From Octopus sinensis (taxonomy: Eukaryota), in contig NW_021828324.1 of assembly GCF_006345805.1 (NCBI RefSeq), forward strand, positions 1 through 8,750: a DNA stretch of 8,750 nucleotides, in the 5' to 3' direction. Positions 1 to 7,399 of this stretch are shown in pieces. Below the pieces are notes generated by a model. The model saw only the letters and a program-made list of their open reading frames with translations. It did not search any database and was not told the DNA's origin. A program made the translations under genes and the position numbers. Each line of letters begins with the position of its first letter. Position 1 is the stretch's first letter.

Positions 1-83
1 ACAATAAGAAGCGTATTCCTGTATTATCCCATACAAACACCTGCTATATCACCGGACAGCCACCTATGATGATATAACTTTTT

Positions 84-177
84 GGGCCGATAAAATAAGT
101 TCCAGTTGAGCAGTGGAGTAGATGCAATTGACTAATCCCTTTTCCCAAACTTGTCGGCCTTGTGCCGAAATTTGAAA
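84..177 (+). mobile_element. 3' fragment of a tRNA-derived SINE (related to the 6984-7399 family, different 3' tail)
   Basis: ccgataaaataagttccagttgagcagtggagtagatgcaattgactaatcc aligns with the minus-strand body of the 7000-7350 copies (tcgattaaataagtaccagttacgcactggagtcgatataatcgacttaatcc). It then ends ...ggccttgtgccgaaatttgaaa, which I recall as an octopus SINE tail. The head is missing. Confidence 0.65.
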
Positions 178-425
178 TCGCATTGATTTCAGATTTTGAC
201 TGTGTTAGGTTATATAATGTTCTTTTTTATATATTCGGTTTTGTTGTGTACCCATGCTGGGGTAGATCTATTCTGCATAATGATGGAAATGTTGAGCATG
301 CTTATCACGATGCGTAAACCAAAGCTGAAATAGAATGGCTGGCTCAGAACATATTTATTAAGCTGAAAAGAGAAAGATCCCAGAACATATCATCCAACGA
401 GGCACGATTACCCAACAATTTAAAT

Positions 426-782
426 CAGTGGTTCTCATCCGGGGATCTTATGACCCCTGAGGGTCCATATAAGATTTTTTTAGGGTTCACACAATAAAAC
501 AGTAAATTGGGGACCCACAAAAGTATTTTAAGGGCCCCTGAAAAAATTAAGTTTTAGATGTATATATTAGTATATATTACAAGAAACAGCTAGGTTTCTT
601 TCTGTAATATTTTACAGAGCTCAACCTACAAAAGTTAATGAGCGAGAAACAAAATAGAAATTTGGGAAAAAATATTTCTATAAAACTAGTTATTAAACAT
701 TGAATGGCTAATTGGGGTCCACCATAATAAAATAATAATCAAAGGTGTCCATAGATAAAAAAAAAATGGTCGAGAAACCCTG
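426..782. mobile_element. Non-autonomous hAT-like (Charlie/Buster-type) MITE, 357 bp
   Basis: Imperfect 15-bp TIRs: cagtggttctcatcc (426-440) and ggtcgagaaaccctg (768-782), 11/15 match. Degenerate 8-bp nnnTAnnn flanks: atttaaat (418-425) and atctaagc (783-790), 5/8 match. Subterminal GGGTCC-like motifs at 452, 461, 483, 511, 714 and 744. No ORF. Confidence 0.75.
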
Positions 783-1250
783 ATCTAAGCGTAAGCATTG
801 CTAGTGACCCCTTCAAGGTTCAAAATGAACTTGAATCTCGAATCTCATTAAGAAGATGTCGTAGAAAAAACAGCATTTATACAGACAGATGTACTGTATA
901 CTTTATTCCAACTGCATTGTCAAACCTTATGTCAGGTTGGCCTTCAACTGGGGCACCGTGATTTCTTCGTTTACATTACGTCTTTTTTTTTGGCATAACA
1001 ATTGCATTCGTATTTAAAATTACATTTCTTCAATTTCCCTTTAACATACAGTTGCGTTTTTTTATATTGTGCAATGAATCGCTCATTAAAGGAAAGAGTA
1101 CAGGCGGTCGTGACTGTCATTTGAAGACGCATACAAAAACTGTCGACTTCCCTCTTAAATAAATATAATGAAGTTTACTCAAAAATTGAATTGCAAAGAA
1201 ATAGAGAATCATGGAGAAATAGGTGAGGGAAGTGTGAGGTGGTACAGTAT

Positions 1251-1415
1251 GAGAGAGAGAGAGAGAGGAGAGAGAGAGATAGAATAGCAGTAAGAGTAAG
1301 TAAAACGGTTAGAGTAATAGAGAGGAAGTAGGGTAGAAATAGAAATTAAAAACTCAAAGAGAGAAACAGTAAGAGAAGCAAGGAGGGGAAAGAAATGACA
1401 GTATCAGGGTAGTAG

Positions 1416-1470
<55 letters not shown>
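1251..1470. repeat. GA-rich low-complexity region with (GA)n at 1251-1279 and perfect (GA)26 at 1419-1470
   Basis: Read directly from the sequence. Confidence 0.95.
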
Positions 1471-1474
<4 letters not shown>

Positions 1475-1782
1475 GGGAGAAAATACTATAGAAGAGATAT
1501 CAAAGTCGGATATTGTTTGGAACAAAGAGATATAGAGAGAGGCAGCAGTAAATAAATGGAGTTGGAAGTGAAGAGGGACAAAGAGAGAACGTCAAAGGGA
1601 AAATGTTATGTAAAGACAAAGATAATAACTGGAACGAGATAAGCTGCAAAGCTTTCGGTGGGGAACAGTAGGAGGCAAGAAAAACTAAAAAACAAGGATT
1701 CAGAGATGTGGTAGCAGCGTATCATAGGTGATAATCTCTTAACAAAAAGAGACTTACTTAAAAATATAACACGTATGTTCAT

Positions 1783-1827
1783 GTATACACACACACAACA
1801 CACACACACACATATGTATATATATAT
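1783..1827. repeat. Compound (CA)n/(TA)n microsatellite
   Basis: Read directly; accounts for the start of the spurious ORF 1606-1809. Confidence 0.9.
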
Positions 1828-2006
1828 TAATTGTTATCGCCATATTAATATGGCAGTCTTATAGATATAAGACTAAAGCTGTCGCTGATTAGCTCCATGA
1901 TTAGCTATTTGACACACAAACTGTGTCCATTATAACCTTCGAACAATTAATTTCCGGTAACGCTGCCGTAATCTCTTTTAGAGAGACTGTATTTTAATAT
2001 TCTATT

Positions 2007-2056
2007 AATATATATGTGTATATTATATATTCTATATATATATATATATATAATAT

Positions 2057-2092
<36 letters not shown>
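2007..2092. repeat. Interrupted (TA)n microsatellite
   Basis: Read directly from the sequence. Confidence 0.95.
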
Positions 2093-2145
2093 GCAAAAAC
2101 TTAGATTCAGATGAATTTGGTACTTAAGTTGAGGCACCAGTTGAG

Positions 2146-2227
2146 GCAGCTGAGGATTGCGCATCTAAGTTGATATAAATGATTGCATTGTTCAATTTAT
2201 TGGAGTTGCATGAAACGATCGTACTGC
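2146..2227 (+). ncRNA. Type I hammerhead ribozyme motif (HHR1) with minimal palindromic stem III
   Basis: Stem I gcag (2146-2149) pairs with ctgc (2224-2227). Core CUGAGGA 2150-2156; GAAA 2212-2215; stem III AC-gauc-GU (ACGAUCGU is a perfect palindrome); cleavage triplet GUA 2221-2223. Stem II tgcg (2158-2161) pairs with tgca (2207-2210) but has a U-U mismatch at the core-proximal pair. Confidence 0.7.
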
Positions 2228-2281
2228 ATTACCTCTGGATATCATTGTTGCTTATTTTGATGATATATATACATATAAATA

Positions 2282-2298
2282 TGTGTGTGTGTGTGTGT

Positions 2299-2338
<40 letters not shown>

Positions 2339-2362
2339 TGCGCGCGTGTGTGTGTATGTATA
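2282..2362. repeat. (TG)n microsatellite with (CG)n core
   Basis: Read directly; strict purine/pyrimidine alternation over 2301-2362. Confidence 0.95.
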
Positions 2363-2618
2363 ATTAAGATTCAGTTGAATTAGATACTTAAATTGAGGCA
2401 CCTTGCCAGTTCGGTATAGTCCTCACAGCTCCGAGTAAGGTGAACAGCACGTAAATAAGTAAAAAGGATGTACAGGGGTCATTACATTACGACCGTTACG
2501 GCATTATTTTCTAAACTCATTCTGCCACTGATACAATGTAATTATTTCGAATCCTATTATTGATGTAAATTTGTTTAAAAATGGTTTATCCTTTGTGTTT
2601 GAAATGTATATGGTCATC

Positions 2619-2705
2619 TGCGTCTGAAGAGAGTGGTTTACTTCAAATTGATGCAATGTTTCCATTGATCATTTAAATGGAGCCACTTGAAACGACCGTA
2701 ATGTA
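2619..2705 (+). ncRNA. Type I hammerhead ribozyme motif (HHR2) with long stem II
   Basis: Stem I tgcgt (2619-2623) pairs with atgta (2701-2705), including 2 GU pairs. Core CUGAAGA 2624-2630. Stem II gagtggttt (2631-2639) pairs with gagccactt (2680-2688) and extends to the inner hairpin caatg-tttc-cattg. GAAA 2689-2692; stem III AC-gacc-GU; cleavage triplet GUA 2698-2700. Confidence 0.72.
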
Positions 2706-2736
2706 TATATATATATATGTATATATATGCATATTA

Positions 2737-2769
<33 letters not shown>
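2701..2769. repeat. Interrupted (TA)n microsatellite beginning at the HHR2 cleavage site
   Basis: Read directly from the sequence. Confidence 0.95.
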
Positions 2770-2772
<3 letters not shown>

Positions 2773-2775
2773 ATA

Positions 2776-3187
2776 GGCGTAGGAGTAGCTGTGTGATAAG
2801 TAGCTTGCTTACGAACCACATGGTTCCGGGTTCAGTCCCACTGCAGGGCACCTTCGGCAAGTGTCTTGTACTATAGCCTCGGGCTGACCAAAGCTTTGTG
2901 AGTGCATTTGGTAGACGGAAAATGAAAGAAGCTCATCGTATACATGTATATATATATATGTGTGTAGGTGCATATGTTTGTGTGTCTATGTTTGTACCCC
3001 AACATTGCTTGACATCCGGTGCTGGTGTGTTTACGTCCCCGTAACCTAGCGGTTCGGCAAAAAAAGACCGATAGAGTAAGTACTAGGCTTCCAAAAAATA
3101 AGTCCTGGGGTCCATTTGCTCGACTAAAGGCGGTGCTCCAGCATGGCCACAGTCAAATGACTGAAACAAGTAAAAGAGTAAAGAGTA
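2776..3187 (+). mobile_element. Near full-length tRNA-derived SINE (octopus-type, CORE-like segment, internal microsatellite)
   Basis: A-box-like tagctgtgtga (2786-2796) and B-box ggttcagtccc (2829-2839). Segment caccttcggcaagtgtctt...agcctc resembles the CORE-SINE gaccttgggcaagttactt...agcctc. Internal TA/TG repeat at about 2938-2990; tail taaaagag/taaagag. Two further copies of its 3' half occur in this window. Confidence 0.85.
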
Positions 3188-3195
3188 TATAAAGA

Positions 3196-3237
3196 TACAC
3201 ACACATAAACACATACACACATACACATGCACATACG
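3196..3237. repeat. Degenerate (CA)n/(CATA)n microsatellite
   Basis: Read directly from the sequence. Confidence 0.85.
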
Positions 3238-3729
3238 TATGATTGGATTCGCTCAACGCTCAGTGATTAAATCATTCTGGTTTAGGCTCTAATCTTAATC
3301 GCGTTAAACTCCCGCTGTCACTTATTACCCGTACTGGAGGATGGTCTATGTCGTTATACAAAGAGAACATTAATACTAAGAGAAAAGAACATGAGCATTG
3401 AATTGCTACTTCTTCATGTCATCTGTTACACATGTTTCAGCATTCAGCAACGTATGAAGGCAAACAATAGATGACACAGGAAGATGCACCCTACAGAGCC
3501 AGCAGGGTAAGCAAACACATCGTCAGAGAGTTAAAGAGGAATTACAGGTGAGAGACAACCAGTGACCAAATTTAGACACAACTGGGGAGTGGGAAGTGAA
3601 GGGGGATAAACAAGAGAGAAACTCAACAATTGTGGCAAAGGGTTATATGTATTTTATAATTAGTTTGACTCAGGCCGATATAGCTTCAGGTTTCGGAGGT
3701 GCGGAGGACACAACTAATTCATCGATTAT

Positions 3730-3734
3730 AAGAA

Positions 3735-3766
<32 letters not shown>

Positions 3767-4185
3767 CAATCAGACAGAGACAGTCAGACAGTCAGACAGA
3801 CAGAGGCAGAGATATAGAGTGAGTGAATGAGTGAATGAGTGAGAGAGAGAGATGATGATGAGAGAGAAGGAGAAAGAAAGGAGAGAAGATAGGAAAAGGC
3901 GAGAGGGAGAAAAGGAGAGAGTGAGGGAGGGAGGGAGAGAGAGAGAGGAAAGAGAGAAAGAGGGAGAGAAGGAGAGAGAGAGGAGGAGGAGGAGGAGGGG
4001 AGGAAGAGAGGGAAGGGGAGAGAGAAGGAGAGAGAGAAGGAGATACAGAGAAACGGAGAGAGGAGAGAGAGAAGGAGAGAGGAGAGGAATGAGAGAGGAA
4101 GAGAATGTGAGAGAGAAAGTTGGAGAGAGAGGGGAGAGAGGGAGAAGGAGAAAGAGGAGAAAGAGAAGGAGAGAGGAAAGGGAGA
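3730..4185. repeat. Long polypurine (GA-rich) tract with (GA)n, (GACA)n, (GAGT/GAAT)n and (GAG)n blocks
   Basis: 11 pyrimidines in 3861-4185 and a purine-only run at 3923-4043. Generates the spurious ORFs at 3770-4352. Confidence 0.95.
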
Positions 4186-4434
4186 TTTTTGAATTTGTAT
4201 CCAAAAGAGACACACTTGCTTTAAACAGATATCGTTGCCGTTTGTTACTTTTATTCTTATTTTGTTCTTACAAAGAATTCACTCGAAACGTTAGCCTTCT
4301 TCTTCTGTTTCTTCTTCGCGTACGGTTCACTAAGCACAACTTCTTATATTAATGTTTCTTTCGTTTGACTTGTAACCTCTCACGTTGTCCAAATATCCGT
4401 CTCCCATTCCTGTCGTTCCATTCGAGCCATTTTC

Positions 4435-4533
4435 CACACACACACACATACACACATGCACAAACACGCTCACACACACACACACACAAACACACACACG
4501 CACATGCACACACGCAGACATACACCCGCATAC
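4435..4533. repeat. Interrupted (CA)n microsatellite
   Basis: Read directly; explains the HT/CV-rich ORFs at 4349-4649. Confidence 0.95.
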
Positions 4534-4694
4534 AGACCATTTGTCAATTGAATACGTGTACGCGCACGTGTGCGTGTGAGAGTCTCTGCGTGTGTCTACG
4601 AGTGCTTGTTTTGGGGTGTGGGATATGTCGAGTGTACGAGGGTGTGTAGACAATTGTATATTCAGTTGTCGATATGTTCTTTCTTTCTTTTCAT

Positions 4695-4890
4695 TTATTC
4701 TTTTACTTGTTTCAGTCATTTGACTGTGGCCATGCTGGAGCACCACCTTGAGCCAAGCAAATCGACCCCAGGACTTATTCTTTGTAAGTCTAGTACTTAT
4801 TCTATCGGTCTCTTTTGCCGAACCACTAGGTTACGGGGACGTAAACACACCAGCATCGGTTGTCATGCAATGTTGGTAGGGACAAACACA
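4695..4890 (-). mobile_element. 3' half of the same SINE family as 2776-3187, minus strand
   Basis: The reverse complement is about 90% identical to about 2990-3182 by manual alignment; 46 nt are identical (4699-4744 versus 3132-3177). Confidence 0.9.
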
Positions 4891-5052
4891 GCTTGACAAC
4901 CGCTAGACAACCCGCATTGGTTTATTTACGTTCCCGTAACTTAGAAGTTAGTCAAAAAACTTCGTTAGAATAAGTACTGGCATTTTTGTTTGACCAATTT
5001 GTTGAAGGCAGTGCTCCAGCATAGCTGCAGTCCAATGAATAATACATGTAAA
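4891..5052 (+). mobile_element. Older, diverged 3' half of the same SINE group, plus strand
   Basis: Collinear blocks gcttgacaaccg, tatttacgttcccgtaacttag, tagaataagtact and aaggcagtgctccagcat match 3007-3143. Confidence 0.75.
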
Positions 5053-5287
5053 CGATACCTTTAATATTAAAATATGCTCTTGTTTTAATGTTTAAAAATC
5101 GATAGAGCTGGTGAGAATGCGAGACCAAACCGAGATATGCACTGTCTGCCGTAAACGTTGTTTGTTATTGATATCGTTATGAAATATATTCTAACATGGT
5201 GGCCTGGCGTGCTTCGTGAGAAAACAGTAGTAGAAGCCAGCATTAGGTCCAGTCAACGAAATTACATCAATTCTTTAATTCGAGGTA

Positions 5288-5854
5288 TTAGGTAGTCCGG
5301 AAAGTTCGTGCCGATATATAGTATCTTACCTTTCGATTTATTTTAGAACATGGTTGATTCCATAAAATACGATTTGACTACACCTCCATTTAGAGCACAG
5401 TTTAAGCTATCTTTTTATGGAAAAAGGTTTATGTTTCTATAACCTGTGTTAATTTTGTAACCCTTTAAAATGGAAGATAAGAAAGCTCAATTTCGGTACT
5501 TGATGCTTTGGGAACCAGACAAAAATTGCTGCAGTTCGGCTGGGATGTCTTACCCCAACCTCCATATTCACCAGATATTGCTCCTTCGGATTTCCACTTA
5601 TTCAGGCCCCTGCAGAATAGTCTTAATGGTAAAAATTTCAATTCCTTGGATGAATTAAAAAAGACACCTTGATGAATTCTTTGCCATCAAACCACCTCAA
5701 TTCTGGGAAGAGGGTATTTTCAAGTTAAAGGAAAGATGGAGACGCATTGTGCAACAAAATGGTTCATATTTGGTTGATTAAAAATGTAATGGCAAGTATT
5801 TATTGACCTTTTTCTTTCCTTTAGAAATCGGCAAGAACTTTCCGGACAACTCAA
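5288..5854 (+). mobile_element. Internally deleted mariner (Tc1/mariner) DNA transposon, 567 bp
   Basis: 28-bp TIRs ttaggtagtccggaaagttcgtgccgat (5288-5315) and atcggcaagaactttccggacaactcaa (5827-5854), 24/28 match. TA on both sides (5286-5287, 5855-5856). Contains transposase remnants. Confidence 0.92.
5470..5781 (+). pseudogene. Mariner transposase pseudogene: N-terminus fused out of frame to C-terminus
   Basis: MEDKKAQFRYLMLWE (5470-5514). Another frame from 5514 reads TRQKLLQFGWDVLPQPPYSPDIAPSDFHLFRPLQNSLNGKNFNSLDELK, with the YSPDIAPSD mariner motif at 5565-5591. After a frameshift in the A6 run (5657-5662) it reads RHLDEFFAIKPPQFWEEGIFKLKERWRRIVQQNGSYLVD*, stop at 5779-5781. Confidence 0.93.
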
Positions 5855-6301
5855 TATTATTACTTGTTTTTCTCGTACATTAGTACCATTGCCGTATACA
5901 TACAAAAATACGAAATATACACGCTCAAATACACATACATATACACGCATATTTTTATACATGCATAAATAAATACAGATATACTTCCTAAGGTGCCGAC
6001 TTACGCACACAAAAATACACATACACCCGTTACTTGGTACAATCATTATGTTCTCGTCGCCATTGTTGCACAATATATATCTGTTTCTTTCTCATTTTAG
6101 CAAAAATTCTTTTGATGATATCTCATAATGAAACAATCGTTGAAGTAACATGTCTGCTGTGATGTTTAGTTTTCCTTCATTAAATGGATTGTTCCGTTTG
6201 GTTAACTCTGTTTGAAACTTCGCTGCTTTGTATAATTAATTCTTTTTGTTGAACGCTAGTTTACAAGAAATATGGTCGCAGTCTTTCTTCTGACGATCAC
6301 G

Positions 6302-6373
<72 letters not shown>

Positions 6374-6526
6374 GTTATTATTATTATTTTCATCATCATC
6401 GTCATCATCATCATTATTACTTCTACGACTACTATTATTGATGTCGTTGTTATTGTTGCAGTTGATGATGATGACGATGATGATGTTATCACTGTTGCTA
6501 TTTGATTTGAAAAAATTAAGAAACAT

Positions 6527-6576
<50 letters not shown>

Positions 6577-6653
6577 ACAGCTTCGTCATAAGTACTATTA
6601 CTGGCACTGTTGCTATTGTTTTAAAAAATATTCTGAGACGCAATCATAATCAT

Positions 6654-6745
<92 letters not shown>
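6302..6745. repeat. Compound trinucleotide array: (ATT)n, (CAT)n, (GAT)n, (TAG)n, (AATCAT)3, (CAT)n, (ATT)n
   Basis: Read directly; explains all poly-I/N/S/L/H/Y ORFs between 6236 and 6837. Confidence 0.95.
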
Positions 6746-6746
<1 letters not shown>

Positions 6747-6983
6747 ATGGTCCATCTAAATAGTAAACAATTTCGTTTTTTACAAGCTGTAATTGCCTTT
6801 TATCTCTTATTGTGTGTTTTGAAAAGAACGTAGTCAAAATACGAGGTTTACCATTCTATCAGAGAAGACGTCGATATTTCGCAACTTACCCGTTACCAGC
6901 TTTGTGTTGTTTCCCTGGTAGCATAATATATGCAACAGTAGTATTAACAGCAGCAGTAGCTGTGGTAATTCTTTAGATTAATC

Positions 6984-7399
6984 GTATTCCATTATTGCCC
7001 AGAAGGGGCTAAACATAGAGGGGACAAACAAGGACAGACAAAAGGATTAAGTCGATTATATCGACTCCAGTGCGTAACTGGTACTTATTTAATCGACCCC
7101 GAAAGGATGAAAGGCAAAGTCGACCTCAGCGGAATTTGAACTCAGAACGTAAAGACAGACAAAATACCTATTTCTTTACTACCCACAAGAGGCTAAACAC
7201 AGAGGGCACGAACAAGGACAAACAAACGGATTAAGTCGATAATATAAACCCCAGTGCGTAACTTGTACTTATTTAATCAACTCAGAAAGGATGAAAGGCT
7301 AAGTCGACCTCAGCGGAATTTGAACTCAAAGCGTAAAGACAGACGAAATACCGCTAAGCATTTCGCCCGGCATGCTAACGTTTCTGCCAGCTCGCCGCC
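6984..7399 (-). mobile_element. tRNA-derived SINE head-to-tail dimer (184-bp period) flanked by a target-site duplication
   Basis: Minus-strand head ggcggcgagctggcagaaacg and B-box gagttcaaattcc (7315-7327). gtcgacctcagcggaatttgaactca occurs at 7119 and 7303. Flanking direct repeat ctttagattaatc at 6971-6983 and 7399-7411. Confidence 0.9.

Larger units (their letters stand above)
2101..2402 (+). repeat. 38-bp direct repeat pair (2101-2138 and 2365-2402), each just downstream of a microsatellite
   Basis: ttagattcagatgaatttggtacttaagttgaggcacc versus taagattcagttgaattagatacttaaattgaggcacc, 33/38 identical. Confidence 0.85.

Noticed and set aside
322-390. aagctgaaa...cagaacatat occurring twice about 37 bp apart
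   Set aside because: Only two degenerate units; an ordinary small duplication, not an array or CRISPR.
2776-2850. tRNA gene
   Set aside because: A/B boxes are present but there is no cloverleaf, and the sequence continues into a SINE body. The same applies to 7315-7399.
3421-3530. Minus-strand CUGACGA (3526-3520) with distant GAAAC-augu-GUA
   Set aside because: Stem I and the core-proximal stem II do not pair; likely chance.
4281-4300. cactcgaaacgttagcc, resembling a hammerhead 3' half (GAAACGUUA with AACGTT palindrome)
   Set aside because: No CUGANGA or matching stem I/II 5' arm upstream.
5470-5658. 62-aa ORF as a functional protein
   Set aside because: Only the first 15 residues are transposase-like; the rest is the out-of-frame read of the C-terminal remnant.
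6105-6146. ttgatga...gaaacaatcgtt hammerhead-like string (also in the 8230-8750 copy)
   Set aside because: The core C is missing, there is no stem II adjacent to GAAA, and stem I is poor.
1606-6837. All ORF-track proteins other than the mariner N-terminus (poly-CV, HT, ER, LS, I, N, S, Y, H)
   Set aside because: They are translations of microsatellites, purine tracts or SINEs and have no recognisable domain.
6884-6919. Possible 25-nt minus-strand microexon (ccag|...cgg|gtaagt)
   Set aside because: Strong donor but weak polypyrimidine tract; no independent support.
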